A stretch of DNA of 64,000 nt from the NCBI GenBank assembly GCA_016784445.1, contig JADHUR010000003.1, forward strand, positions 2,590-66,589. Direction: 5' to 3'. Positions 1 to 9,772 of the stretch are shown piece by piece. Position 1 is the stretch's first letter, and the number at the start of each line of letters is the position of its first letter. The notes beneath the pieces are model-generated. The model saw only the letters and a list, made by a program, of their open reading frames with translations, did not search any database and had not been told where the DNA came from. A program made the position numbers and the translations under genes. The DNA is from Patescibacteria group bacterium. Lineage in GTDB: Bacteria; Patescibacteriota; Patescibacteriia; UBA1558.

Positions 1-1
1 A

Positions 2-175
2 ACAGATGCATCAATAGTTATTGCAAGTGTTAAACCACCTAGAGTAGAAGAAGTAGCTACTCCTTCTGAGACTGAAGAAGTTGCTGAAGGCGAAGAATCT
101 GCTGAAGGTGAAGCTAAAGAAGGTGAAGAAGCAAAACCTGAAGGTGAAGATAAGAAGGAAGAGAAGAAAGACTAA
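2..175 (+). CDS. 3' end of an upstream gene (partial); Glu/Lys-rich acidic C-terminal tail, product unknown
   Basis: Open frame from the window edge (..TDASIVIASVKPPRVEEVATPSETEEVAEGEESAEGEAKEGEEAKPEGEDKKEEKKD*) ending at TAA 173-175, 2 nt before the next start codon. Not in the ORF track because it has no start in the window. Confidence 0.35.
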   Translation, partial: TDASIVIASVKPPRVEEVATPSETEEVAEGEESAEGEAKEGEEAKPEGEDKKEEKKD

Positions 176-177
176 TA

Positions 178-1176
178 ATGAAGAGAATTATACCCAATCT
201 TTGGGCATACATATTAATAGTGCTAACAGTTATACTGCTAGCACTATTATTTTTATTCATTATTGGTCCAGTTAATTGGCCACAGACAGAGGAAGTTGTT
301 TATATAGATAATGTAAAAATTGAAAGTTATGTAAAGGCTAATTATTTAAATATTATGTTAGATAATTCATCTATTGCCATGCCTCAAGCAGGTCTTGAGA
401 AAGCAATAGTTGTTTATGAAGCATTAATTGAGGGTGGTTTTACAAGACTTATGGCTGTATTTAATTCGGAAGATTTGCCAGAAGAAATAGGGCCTATAAG
501 ATCTGCACGTCCTTATTTTTTGACTTTAGCAGATGATTGGCAAGGGACATATTGGCATGCTGGTGGAAGCCCTCAAGCACTTAATAGTTTAAAGAATGAA
601 GATTGGAATTTTGTAGATATTAATGAAATTAGTTATCAGGGTATATATTTTTATAGAGATCATTCTTTTATTAATTCACATAATCTTTTTACTAGAGAAG
701 AACTTATTCAAACTGCATTAGCTAAATATGAGGTAGAGGATGAAATTGATTATCTTTGGGAAATCAAAGCTGATTTGCAGGAAGATTATAGAACTAAAGA
801 AAATAAGTATATACATATACCATATACGCAAGGAGCTAATGATGTATATTGGTTTTATAATAGAGAGTTTAATTCTTGGGAAAGATTTATAGGAGATGAT
901 CAGCAATATTATATTAATGGTGATTCAATACTTGCTAAGAATGTAATTGTTTTGATTGTAGAAACAAGGCTTATAGATATTGAAAGACTTGGTATGGATA
1001 TTATTGGTAATGGAGAAGCATTTTTATTCAGAGATGGCCAAAAACAAGAAATTACATGGAAAAAAGATAGAGATGGTAGCTTAGAGTTAATATCTGGGCA
1101 AAGACCAGTACAGTTAAATTATGGACAAACATGGGTTCAGATATTGCCACAATACCTTAAACTCGAGTATAATTAA
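178..1176 (+). CDS. Membrane-anchored secreted protein, DUF3048 (YerB-like) family candidate
   Basis: 332 aa. N-terminal TM/signal anchor (IIPNLWAYILIVLTVILLALLFLFII). Central region EGGFTRLMAVFNSED...GPIRSARPYF resembles the conserved core of DUF3048 lipoproteins. Family assignment is from memory. Confidence 0.45.
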   Translation: MKRIIPNLWAYILIVLTVILLALLFLFIIGPVNWPQTEEVVYIDNVKIESYVKANYLNIMLDNSSIAMPQAGLEKAIVVYEALIEGGFTRLMAVFNSEDLPEEIGPIRSARPYFLTLADDWQGTYWHAGGSPQALNSLKNEDWNFVDINEISYQGIYFYRDHSFINSHNLFTREELIQTALAKYEVEDEIDYLWEIKADLQEDYRTKENKYIHIPYTQGANDVYWFYNREFNSWERFIGDDQQYYINGDSILAKNVIVLIVETRLIDIERLGMDIIGNGEAFLFRDGQKQEITWKKDRDGSLELISGQRPVQLNYGQTWVQILPQYLKLEYN

Positions 1177-1181
1177 TATAT

Positions 1182-1682
1182 ATGGGAGATAATTCTGGCA
1201 ATGGCCAAACAATAAGTAAGATATTAATGATTGCAGTTATGATAGCCGCAGTTATTTTTGGTGCTTCTTATATGAATAATAGATGGGGCAAACTTAGAGA
1301 TATACGTAGACAAAGTGATGCGCAATCAATTGTTAAAGCTTTAGATTTTTACTATTCACAATATGGTCATTATCCAGAAGTTGAAGATGATGATGGTGAT
1401 GGTTGGGATAAGAGTAATGATATGACAGGTGTTAACTTTCTAGATAAATTAGTAATCACTGGCTATTTAACAGCCGTACCTTTTGATCCTGTGAATGATG
1501 AAATATTCTATTATCGTTACAAGAAATTTATGAAAGGTGAATATGGTTGTGATGATGACTTTTATGTATTCCAAATAGCTAGGTTTGAGAGTAATGAGAA
1601 TTCTTTAGGACATGGGAGCTGTCCAAATTTAGATTGGACTAAGATTGCACCACTAGGGTTTACAGTAATGACATTGGAATAA
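1182..1682 (+). CDS. Small membrane protein with pilin/pseudopilin-like fold motif but no canonical prepilin signal
   Basis: 166 aa. One N-terminal hydrophobic helix, then RDIRRQSDAQSIVKALDFYYSQYGHYPE, which is the R-x-D-x-R-x-SD..I..AL..YY...G.YP signature of GspG/type IV pilin globular heads. Lacks the G|F-T-L-I-E processing site. Confidence 0.35.
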   Translation: MGDNSGNGQTISKILMIAVMIAAVIFGASYMNNRWGKLRDIRRQSDAQSIVKALDFYYSQYGHYPEVEDDDGDGWDKSNDMTGVNFLDKLVITGYLTAVPFDPVNDEIFYYRYKKFMKGEYGCDDDFYVFQIARFESNENSLGHGSCPNLDWTKIAPLGFTVMTLE

Positions 1683-1703
1683 GAAATTATATTATAAAAT
1701 GAA

Positions 1704-1737
1704 AAGCCCTGGCTATATTATAGCTAGGGTTTTTTTA
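1704..1737. terminator. Bidirectional intrinsic terminator between convergent genes
   Basis: agccctggcta-tatta-tagctagggt hairpin followed by T7. The complementary strand gives a hairpin plus U-tract as well. Sits between the + gene ending at 1682 and the - gene ending at 1777. Confidence 0.6.
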
Positions 1738-1776
1738 GACGCTTATGTCCCTGGACATTATATGTCTCCTTACTGG

Positions 1777-2094
1777 TCAGGTTATATTGTCATTAGAAAT
1801 AACCTTTAGATTAATGTCACGAGAAACATCGATCATGTCAATATCTTCTATGGGTATGACATGGTCTTTTTCACCAATTGCTTCATTGCCACTGTCAACA
1901 GTAGCGAGAACCTTAATCCCATTCACCTTAATAGATTTGATGAGACCAGGTACAGAGTCTTGAAAGATGTCTGTATTGGTGCGGTCTTTACGTAATCTGA
2001 TAAAGCCATAAAATGGTGTGTGTTGCTGGGCAAAATTAACTTGCTTGGCAATACTTTCTATGTGCTTTTCTTCAGGGCTTTGTTTGACTTCCAT
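1777..2094 (-). CDS. Hypothetical protein (105 aa), co-oriented downstream of prmC
   Basis: ORF with good coding look, last gene of the prfA-prmC minus-strand operon. No recognisable motif. A PRC-barrel-like fold is only a guess. Confidence 0.35.
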   Translation of the reverse strand: MEVKQSPEEKHIESIAKQVNFAQQHTPFYGFIRLRKDRTNTDIFQDSVPGLIKSIKVNGIKVLATVDSGNEAIGEKDHVIPIEDIDMIDVSRDINLKVISNDNIT

Positions 2095-2156
2095 ATTTAC
2101 CTCACTTTCTTTAAAGAGCTATTTTAACCTTAAGCGGTGAGTTGGGTTTTGTCAAA

Positions 2157-2981
2157 CTAAATTAGTATAATTTTGAGTAATCTTACTTTATTTGTTAAAT
2201 CCTTTATTTCTTCTATAGAGTAATTTGGTAAAAGTCTATTAATAAATATTATTAGAGTTTTAGCTTGCTCAGGGTTTATTTCCAGTAATATATATTCGGG
2301 CTTGTATTCAAGATTTTTAACTTGTTTTAATAGTTTTCTATAGTGATCTAATCCATCAGCTCCAGATAGTAGAGCAGTGCTTGGTTCACGTATAATACTA
2401 GTCTCATTCATTTGTTCTGGCGTTAGATAGGGGAGATTAGCAATTAGAATATCTATTTTAACATTTAAATTAGTTAGCAAATCATTTTGCATGAAATACA
2501 TATTAATATTATGTTTGCTGGCATTTTGTTTTGCTACTTTTAATGCCTTTTTTGATATATCTATCCCCAGGAATGAATTATTTGGAATATGTTTGGCAGT
2601 AGATATTATTAAACAGCCACAACCTGTTCCAATATCTACAATTGCTTTATTGATAGGGTTTATCTTTTTTAATTCATCAATAAATAGTTCAGATTCAGGT
2701 CTTGGTACTAATGTATATTTGTTTACCTTAAAGTCTAGGCCATAGAATTCCTTAGATCCTGTGATATATGCAATGGGATATTGCTTAATTCTTTTGTTTA
2801 TTAATCTATTGTATTTAAGTTGTTGGAATATATTTAGTTTTATATCTGGATTTGCAAGTAAATATGATTTATCTTTTTTTAGAATAGATGAAAGTAAAAC
2901 TTCAGCATCTAAAGAAGCTGAAGTAGAATAGTCATTTAATTTATTTATAGCTTGTATTAAAGCTTTACTGATTGAGTTCAT
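2157..2981 (-). CDS. prmC: Release-factor glutamine N5-methyltransferase PrmC/HemK
   Basis: 274 aa. SAM-binding motif [12 protein letters not shown] and the N(P/L)PY catalytic motif (ANLPYL). Overlaps the prfA stop, which is the classical prfA-prmC arrangement. Confidence 0.8.
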   Translation of the reverse strand: MNSISKALIQAINKLNDYSTSASLDAEVLLSSILKKDKSYLLANPDIKLNIFQQLKYNRLINKRIKQYPIAYITGSKEFYGLDFKVNKYTLVPRPESELFIDELKKINPINKAIVDIGTGCGCLIISTAKHIPNNSFLGIDISKKALKVAKQNASKHNINMYFMQNDLLTNLNVKIDILIANLPYLTPEQMNETSIIREPSTALLSGADGLDHYRKLLKQVKNLEYKPEYILLEINPEQAKTLIIFINRLLPNYSIEEIKDLTNKVRLLKIILI

Positions 2982-4020
2982 TTTCTGCTTTAATTAATGC
3001 ATTTATAATTTCATCAATATCTCCATCTAATATATTATCTAGATTATGTAGAGATAATTTAATACGATGGTCAGTTACTCTATCTTGTGGCCAATTATAT
3101 GTTCTAATCTTTTCACTACGATCTCCAGTACCAATTTGAGATTTTCTAGCAGCTGAATCTTTAGCTCTTTTTTCATCTTCAATTTGTTGCAAGATGCGAG
3201 AACGAAGAACTTGCATTGCTTTTATCTTATTCTGTTGTTGAGATTTTTCATCCTGACAAGTAGCTACAATATTTGTTGGTAAATGCACAATACGTACTGC
3301 TGAATATGTTGTATTGACACTTTGACCACCGTGACCTGATGCACAGTATGTATCTATACGAATATCACTTGGTTCAATTTTAAGATCCACTTCTTCTGCT
3401 TCAGGAAGCACAGCAACAGTTGCTGCTGATGTATGAATACGGCCAGATTTTTCTGTTTCAGGAACACGTTGAACTCTATGAACGCCACTTTCATATTTTA
3501 ATTTACCATATACATTTGTGCCAGCTATTTCAAAGATAATTTCCTTAAAACCACTAAGCTCTGTTCTATTTGAAGATAGAATACTGATTTTCCAATTATT
3601 CTTCTCAGCATAACGTGAATACATTCTAAATAGATTAGCTGCAAATAATGCAGATTCATCACCACCAGTACCTGCCCTAATTTCCATAATGGCATTTTTC
3701 TTATTCAATGGATCTTGAGGCTTTGTTAATTCATCTATAGTTTCTTTGAGATTATTGATATTTGTTTCTAAAGAAATAATCTCTTCCTCCATCATAGTCT
3801 TCATCTCTTCTTCACTTTCTATCTCAATATCTTTCTTTAATTGTTTTAAATTATTTTTGGTATCTATATATTCCTTTACCTTTTCATAAATATTCTTTAC
3901 TTCGGAATATTCCTGAGAAATAGTCTGCAGCTTTTGAGAATCACTAATAATAGCCCGATCTTGAAGACTGACTTCTAATTCTTTGTATTTAGCCTCATAT
4001 TTTGTTAATAAATTCTTCAT
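2965..4020 (-). CDS. prfA: Peptide chain release factor 1
   Basis: 351 aa. GGQ motif ([12 protein letters not shown]). The RF1 block [26 protein letters not shown] carries a PxT-type tripeptide (PET). Confidence 0.9.
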   Translation of the reverse strand: MKNLLTKYEAKYKELEVSLQDRAIISDSQKLQTISQEYSEVKNIYEKVKEYIDTKNNLKQLKKDIEIESEEEMKTMMEEEIISLETNINNLKETIDELTKPQDPLNKKNAIMEIRAGTGGDESALFAANLFRMYSRYAEKNNWKISILSSNRTELSGFKEIIFEIAGTNVYGKLKYESGVHRVQRVPETEKSGRIHTSAATVAVLPEAEEVDLKIEPSDIRIDTYCASGHGGQSVNTTYSAVRIVHLPTNIVATCQDEKSQQQNKIKAMQVLRSRILQQIEDEKRAKDSAARKSQIGTGDRSEKIRTYNWPQDRVTDHRIKLSLHNLDNILDGDIDEIINALIKAENELNQ

Positions 4021-4089
4021 AGCTTTATTATAGCTTAAATTAAATAAAAAATCCCCATAGTAAATACGAGGATCTTTATGAATGAGTAG

Positions 4090-4380
4090 TTATTTTTCTT
4101 TACCGGCTTTGTTGACTTTTTTTTCAGCTGCCTTTGCTTTCTTTACTTTTTTACCTTTACGAGTTTTAGCAACCTCTTCTTGTTGTTTAACAATACGTTT
4201 AAATCTGTCAACACGACCAGCTGTATCCATTAGCTTTTGTTTACCTGTATAAAATGGGTGACAATTAGAACATATTTCAACTTTTAGTTCTTTTGAAGTT
4301 GATCCAACTGTAAAACTATTACCACAAGCGCAGGTAACCTTAGCTTTTGCATTATATTCTGGATGTGTATCTTTTTTCAT
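4090..4380 (-). CDS. rpmE: 50S ribosomal protein L31 with Lys-rich C-terminal extension
   Basis: MKKDTHPEY...CxC...[13 protein letters not shown] matches bL31, including the zinc-ribbon cysteines. Confidence 0.85.
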   Translation of the reverse strand: MKKDTHPEYNAKAKVTCACGNSFTVGSTSKELKVEICSNCHPFYTGKQKLMDTAGRVDRFKRIVKQQEEVAKTRKGKKVKKAKAAEKKVNKAGKEK

Positions 4381-4439
4381 GAAATTTTAGTTTAATTTAA
4401 CTTTTCTGTAAGCGAAAGCAGTGTAACATTTGAGAGTAT

Positions 4440-4823
4440 CTATGTCAAGTGCTTAAGTGCCTTAGATTTCTGTGAAATAGCAAATATTCCTAAGATTGTG
4501 ATATATGTTGCTGTGAATTCAGATTGAAGTTGATATTGGTGATTGAATATGGCTGTAATAATCATAGCTACAATTACTATGGTCCAGATTATTACATATA
4601 TTTCTCCATAATGTTTAGATATATATCCTTTATTGCGCCAACGAGCGATTTCTTTACTACCAACATATATTCCTAATATAGAGGCATAAATTACAGCAAT
4701 AGCACTTAAAGTGCCATTAAATTGATTTGGGTAAAAGAACGCAAATACAAAAACTAATAAAGTTAGCCAAGACCAAAAGTTAGTAAAATATTTCCAGAAG
4801 GATAAATTATTTATTTCTGCCAT
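4440..4823 (-). CDS. Integral membrane protein, function unknown
   Basis: 127 aa with four predicted hydrophobic helices. First gene of the minus-strand block, 36 bp from the divergent tag gene. Confidence 0.4.
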   Translation of the reverse strand: MAEINNLSFWKYFTNFWSWLTLLVFVFAFFYPNQFNGTLSAIAVIYASILGIYVGSKEIARWRNKGYISKHYGEIYVIIWTIVIVAMIITAIFNHQYQLQSEFTATYITILGIFAISQKSKALKHLT

Positions 4824-4859
4824 GTATATATTGTATCATATTGTTGGGAGTATATTAAA

Positions 4860-5450
4860 ATGTTATTATTATCTTATATGAAAAAAAGATGTGAATGGCC
4901 TGGAACAGATGATGAAATGATCAAATATCATGACAATATTTGGGGTGTTCCAGTTCACAAAGATAAAGATATATTTAAGTTTCTTGTTTTAGATAGTTTT
5001 CAAGCTGGTCTTTCTTGGAGTATTATTTGGCGAAAAGAAAAAGGTTTTGCTAAAGCCTTTGCTAATTATGATTATATTAAAGTGGCGAAGTTTAACAAAA
5101 GGAAGGTAGAATCACTTCTTAAAGATGTAAATATTATTCGTAATAGGTTAAAGATATTAGCTACTATTTCTAATGCGCAGAAATTTATGGAAATACAGAA
5201 GGAATTTGGTAGTTTTAATAAATATATTTGGCAATTTAGAGATGGCAAGCCAAAAATTAATAAATTAAAGACAATGAAACAGATTCCTACCAGATCTAAA
5301 GAGTCAGATGCTATGAGTAGAGATTTGAAGGATAGGGGATTTAAATTTATTGGCACAACAATTTGTTATGCTTTCATGCAAGGTATTGGTATGATTAATG
5401 ATCATACAATAGATTGTTTTAGATATAAAGAAATTAATAATTTAAAATAA
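4860..5450 (+). CDS. tag: DNA-3-methyladenine glycosylase I (Tag)
   Basis: Match to Tag: KRCEWPGTDDEMIKYHDNIWGVP...FQAGLSWSIIWRKEKGF...GTTICYAFMQGIGMINDH. The true start may be the internal Met at 4878 (MKKRCEW). Confidence 0.85.
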   Translation: MLLLSYMKKRCEWPGTDDEMIKYHDNIWGVPVHKDKDIFKFLVLDSFQAGLSWSIIWRKEKGFAKAFANYDYIKVAKFNKRKVESLLKDVNIIRNRLKILATISNAQKFMEIQKEFGSFNKYIWQFRDGKPKINKLKTMKQIPTRSKESDAMSRDLKDRGFKFIGTTICYAFMQGIGMINDHTIDCFRYKEINNLK

Positions 5451-5454
5451 TACA

Positions 5455-5673
5455 ATGTTTAACAACAGAGTGAACTTCCAATGGCTTAAAAAACACCCTA
5501 ATTGGCATTCAATAATAATTGGTGCTTGTTTAATAATGTTTTGGCGAGCAATTTGGGATTTATTGGATATGTATTTTATGCCTAGCTATCCAATGTGGAG
5601 TAATATTATTCCAGGCGTAATAGCATTATTAGTACTATATTTTAATGATTCACGCTTAAAGGAGATTGAGTAA
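5455..5673 (+). CDS. Small membrane protein (72 aa), hypothetical
   Basis: Two hydrophobic segments, tightly packed after tag. No motif. Confidence 0.3.
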   Translation: MFNNRVNFQWLKKHPNWHSIIIGACLIMFWRAIWDLLDMYFMPSYPMWSNIIPGVIALLVLYFNDSRLKEIE

Positions 5674-5815
5674 TTAGTATTGCCAATATTAATGTTTTAT
5701 GTTAGCATATTGGTACTTATTAAATAAACCACACATTTTAGTTAATAACCTTCCTGCCCAAATAATGGGTTTACGGTTAAAAAAAGGCTAAAATGGAGGA
5801 AAAAGGAAAAAAATT

Positions 5816-6493
5816 ATGTCAGTAGAACTGATCGATTTATTAAAAGCGGGCGTACATTTTGGACATACTAAGTCTAAAAGACACCCATCAATGGAGCCAT
5901 ACATATTTGGCGCTAAACAAGGTATTCACATTATTGATCTTGAGAAGACTCAGTCAATGCTTGATGATGCCGTAAAGTTTGTTCAAGAAATAACTTCTAA
6001 AGGTGGAGTTATTCTTTTTGTTTCTGGAAAGAAACAAGCTAAAGCTATTGTTAAAGAGGCAGCAGAAAAAGCCGGAATGCCATATATTAATACTCGTTGG
6101 CTCGGTGGTACTTTAACTAATTTCAATAATATTATTGATTTAACAAAGAAGTTAAAGCAATTTGAAGAAGAAAAAGTTAAAGGAGCTTGGGAACGTTATA
6201 CCAAGAAAGAAGCATTAGAAAAGGATAGAGAAATTATTCGTCTAAAAGAAATGGTAGAAGGTATTAAGAATATGACTAAATTACCAGATGCTGTATTTAT
6301 TGTAGATATTAAGAAAGATAAGACAGCTCTTGCTGAAGCTTCAAAGAAGAATATTCCAGTTATTGCAATACTTGATACTAATTGTAATAACAAAGATGTA
6401 AAACATATAATTCCTGGTAATGATGACGCAGTAAAGTCTATTACTTTGCTTACAAATGTTATTGCAGATGCTTGCGTAAAGCCAGCAAAATAA
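5816..6493 (+). CDS. rpsB: 30S ribosomal protein S2
   Basis: LLKAGVHFGHTKSKRHPSMEPYIFG..IHIIDL signature. Strong SD (ggagg) upstream. Confidence 0.9.
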   Translation: MSVELIDLLKAGVHFGHTKSKRHPSMEPYIFGAKQGIHIIDLEKTQSMLDDAVKFVQEITSKGGVILFVSGKKQAKAIVKEAAEKAGMPYINTRWLGGTLTNFNNIIDLTKKLKQFEEEKVKGAWERYTKKEALEKDREIIRLKEMVEGIKNMTKLPDAVFIVDIKKDKTALAEASKKNIPVIAILDTNCNNKDVKHIIPGNDDAVKSITLLTNVIADACVKPAK

Positions 6494-6521
6494 TTAATAA
6501 AAATTTTAAAATATAAAAATT

Positions 6522-7103
6522 ATGTCAAAAGATTTAATTAAGGATCTTAGAGCTAAAACTGGTGCAGGTATGAATGATTGTCACCTTGCCCTAAAAGAAA
6601 ATGATAATGATTATGATAAAGCATTATCATGGCTTAGAAAAAAAGGTGAGAAAATAGCTACTAAGAAACAGGATAGAGAGATTAAAGAAGGCTTAATTGA
6701 AGCATATATTCACCCAGGTGGAAAAGTAGGAGTATTACTTGAACTTGGTTGTGAAACAGATTTCGTAGCAAAGACTGATGATTTTAAAAACTTAGCTCAT
6801 GAAATTGCATTGCAAATTGCAGCTACATCTCCAGAGTATATAACTCCAGAAGAAGTTCCAGCTGAACTTATTGAAAAAGAGAAGGATGTATATGCAGAAC
6901 AATTAAAGAAAGAAGGAAAGCCAGCTGAGATGCTAGAAAAGATTATGGCTGGTAAATTAGATAAATTCTATAGTGATATATGTTTATTGAAGCAACCATA
7001 TATTAAAGATGACAGTATGACGATTGAAAAGATGTTAACAGATTCTATTGGTAGAATTGGAGAGAACATTCGTATTGATCGCTTTACTCGTTATTCACTA
7101 TAA
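6522..7103 (+). CDS. tsf: Elongation factor Ts (short form)
   Basis: N-terminal UBA-like IKDLRAKTGAGMNDCHLAL..ALSWLRKKG. 193 aa. Conserved rpsB-tsf order. Confidence 0.85.
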   Translation: MSKDLIKDLRAKTGAGMNDCHLALKENDNDYDKALSWLRKKGEKIATKKQDREIKEGLIEAYIHPGGKVGVLLELGCETDFVAKTDDFKNLAHEIALQIAATSPEYITPEEVPAELIEKEKDVYAEQLKKEGKPAEMLEKIMAGKLDKFYSDICLLKQPYIKDDSMTIEKMLTDSIGRIGENIRIDRFTRYSL

Positions 7104-7105
7104 TC

Positions 7106-7813
7106 ATGGAATTAAAATATACTAAAGTATTATTAAAATTATCTGGCATGGCTGTTGCTAATGACCAGAAAGATTTTGACTTTTCTAAGGTTGAAAAACT
7201 TGTTAAGGAGATTAAAGAGTTACAAAACATGGGTTTGCAGCTTGCTATTGTGATTGGTGGTGGAAATATTATGCGTGGTCGTTCTATTAAAAAAGGTGAG
7301 ATTGATGTGGATAGAGCAGACTATATGGGAATGCTAGCAACCAATATTAATAGCTTAGCACTGGGTGGTATTATGGATAAGCTAGGAGTAGCTAATCAGG
7401 TATTATCTGCTTGGCCAATGAAAGGACTTGTTCCAGAAGCATCTAAAGACAATATGAAGAAATGTTTGAAAGAGAATAAAGTAATCATATTTGGTGGTGG
7501 AACTGGACTTCCTGGTAGATCTACAGATACAACTTCAACTTTAAGAGCAAAAGAGGCTGGTATGGATATTATTCTAAAATCTACAGATGTTGCTGGTGTA
7601 TATGATTCAGATCCACATGAGAATCCAGATGCTAAGATGTATGATAGTTTAACTTATGATATGGCTATTGAGAAGAAATTGAAAGTTATGGATGAATTAG
7701 CATTTAATATGGCAAAAGAGGAAGATATGAAGATTATTGTTTTTGAAATGAAAGAAGGTAATTTAACTAAAGTTGTGTCAGGAGAAAAGATTGGCACTAT
7801 TGTTTCAAATTAA
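7106..7813 (+). CDS. pyrH: Uridylate kinase
   Basis: KVLLKLSGMAV..IVIGGGNIMRG..DVAGVYDSDP motifs of UMP kinase. Follows tsf. Confidence 0.9.
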   Translation: MELKYTKVLLKLSGMAVANDQKDFDFSKVEKLVKEIKELQNMGLQLAIVIGGGNIMRGRSIKKGEIDVDRADYMGMLATNINSLALGGIMDKLGVANQVLSAWPMKGLVPEASKDNMKKCLKENKVIIFGGGTGLPGRSTDTTSTLRAKEAGMDIILKSTDVAGVYDSDPHENPDAKMYDSLTYDMAIEKKLKVMDELAFNMAKEEDMKIIVFEMKEGNLTKVVSGEKIGTIVSN

Positions 7814-8634
7814 TGGATATAATTGAAGTACAATTTACACCTTGGGATCAGATATATTATTTTTCTTATCCCGAGCAAACAGATCATAGTAGAGTTGTGA
7901 TGGGTAATAAGCTAGTTGTAAAGACATCTATTGGTCTTGAACTTGGCACTATTGTAGGTTTGAAGAAACTTAAGGATGAAGAGGTGAAAGCTTTAGAATC
8001 TAAAGATCAACCAGTCGTGCCATTTATTAGAGTTGCTAATGATGATGATATTGCACAAGATGCAAAATCTAATACAGATAATGCTAGTCGGGTTAAATAT
8101 TGTCAGGGGCAAGTTAAGAAACATAAATTAACAATGAAATTAGTAGATTGTCACTGTTCTTTTGATAATAATCGTATTACATTTGCCTTTATTGCAGATG
8201 GTAGAGTAGATTTTAGAGATCTTGTTAAGGAATTAACAAAGCATTTTAAGAAAACCATTCGTTTGCAACAATTAGGTGTTAGAGATGAAGCTAAACTTAC
8301 TGGAGATTTCGGATCATGTGGTTTAAAATTATGTTGCCAGGGGCATTTAAAATCACTTGGAAATGTATCTACTGAATTTGCAAAAGATCAGATGATAGCA
8401 CATAGAGGAAGCGATAGACTATCAGGTCAATGTGGAAGACTTAAATGTTGCCTTGCCTATGAAGAAGATTTTTATAGAGAAGAATTAAAGAATTACCCAA
8501 AGATTGGTGAAAAAGTTAAGACAAAGAGTGGCACGGGTTATGTAATTGGACTTAATATTTTAAGTAAAACCTTTGATGTTAGAATTAAGGATGACAAAAA
8601 AGGTGATGCCATTGTTCAAGTAGATATTAAATAG
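7813..8634 (+). CDS. ricT: PSP1 C-terminal domain protein, RicT/YaaT homologue
   Basis: MKLVDCHCSFDNNRITFAFIADGRVDFRDLVKEL..IRLQQLGVRDEAK..CGLKLCC..AKDQ..SGQCGRLKCCLAYEE closely parallels B. subtilis YaaT (MKLVDVEYTFDNNKLLFYFTADGRVDFRELVK..CGRLMCCLKYE). Start overlaps the pyrH stop (ATGA). Confidence 0.7.
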   Translation: MDIIEVQFTPWDQIYYFSYPEQTDHSRVVMGNKLVVKTSIGLELGTIVGLKKLKDEEVKALESKDQPVVPFIRVANDDDIAQDAKSNTDNASRVKYCQGQVKKHKLTMKLVDCHCSFDNNRITFAFIADGRVDFRDLVKELTKHFKKTIRLQQLGVRDEAKLTGDFGSCGLKLCCQGHLKSLGNVSTEFAKDQMIAHRGSDRLSGQCGRLKCCLAYEEDFYREELKNYPKIGEKVKTKSGTGYVIGLNILSKTFDVRIKDDKKGDAIVQVDIK

Positions 8635-8741
8635 ACTTATATATAAAGGCTACTATTGTTTAAATAGTGGTTTTTTGTTTGACTTTTTTTATTTCCTTAA
8701 AAAAGCTATAATAGATGCAAGATAAATAATATATTACTTAT

Positions 8742-9752
8742 ATGGTTAAAAACAATAAGATTAGAGTAGCTATAAATGGTTTTGGTAGAGTAGGTAGAGC
8801 TGCTTTTAAAGTATTACTTGAAAAGAGGAATATGGAAGTGGTAGCTATTAATGATTTAACAGATGCTGAAACTTTAGCTCATTTATTGAATTATGATACT
8901 ACTTATGGAGTTTCAATGAAAAAGATTAGTTCAACTACTAGTGATATAGTAGTAAATGGTAAGCATTATCCAGTATTAGCTGTAAAAGAACCAACTAAGC
9001 TTCCTTGGAAGAAAATGAAAGTAGATATAGTTTTAGAATGTACCGGTATTTTTAGAACTAGGGAGTTGGCAGGTAAGCATAATAAAGCAGGTGCTAAGAA
9101 AGTTATAATTTCTGCACCAGCTAAAGGTGATGGTGTGGGCACCTTTGTATTGGGTGTAAATGAGAATAGTTATGGTAATGAAAAGGTCATCAACAATGCA
9201 TCATGTACTACTAATTGTGTAGCACCAGTAGCGCAAGTTATGCATAGTAATTTTAAAGTATTAAAAGCTATGATGACGACTATTCACTCATATACAGCTG
9301 ACCAAAGATTACAAGATGCGCCACATAAAGATTTAAGAAGAGCAAGAGCAGCTGCTCAAAATATTGTACCAACAACAACAGGAGCAGCTATTGCTACCAC
9401 AGAAACTATTCCAGAACTTAAAGGTATATTTGATGGTATGGCTATTAGAGTACCAACTATTAATGGCTCATTATCTGACTTTACATTTTTAGTAAATAAG
9501 GATGTAACTGTAGATCAGGTAAATAATGCGATGATAAAAGCAAGTAAATCTCCAAGATTAAAAAATATCTTAGAAGTTACAAATGAGCCAATAGTTTCTT
9601 CCGATATTATTGGTAATCCAGCATCAGCAATTGTAGATTTGAGTTTAACACAAGTTGTTGATGGTAATATGGTAAAGGTTGTAGTTTGGTATGATAATGA
9701 ATGGGGTTATGCAAATCGCTTAGTTGAAATGATTAATCAAGTGAATAAATAA
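8742..9752 (+). CDS. gap: Glyceraldehyde-3-phosphate dehydrogenase
   Basis: NAD-binding INGFGRVGR and the catalytic ASCTTNCVAP motif. 336 aa. Confidence 0.9.
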   Translation: MVKNNKIRVAINGFGRVGRAAFKVLLEKRNMEVVAINDLTDAETLAHLLNYDTTYGVSMKKISSTTSDIVVNGKHYPVLAVKEPTKLPWKKMKVDIVLECTGIFRTRELAGKHNKAGAKKVIISAPAKGDGVGTFVLGVNENSYGNEKVINNASCTTNCVAPVAQVMHSNFKVLKAMMTTIHSYTADQRLQDAPHKDLRRARAAAQNIVPTTTGAAIATTETIPELKGIFDGMAIRVPTINGSLSDFTFLVNKDVTVDQVNNAMIKASKSPRLKNILEVTNEPIVSSDIIGNPASAIVDLSLTQVVDGNMVKVVVWYDNEWGYANRLVEMINQVNK

Positions 9753-9772
9753 TTAATAATTAACAAAAAAAT

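Noticed and set aside
1745-1963. 72-aa plus-strand ORF overlapping the 105-aa minus gene
   Set aside because: The minus-strand frame continues the prfA-prmC operon and has better coding character. Only one of the two can be real.
2965-4020. RF1 tripeptide motif reads PET rather than the common PAT/PVT
   Set aside because: The middle position of PxT is known to vary among RF1 sequences. Not evidence of altered stop-codon recognition, and no in-frame TGA or TAG recoding was seen in long ORFs.
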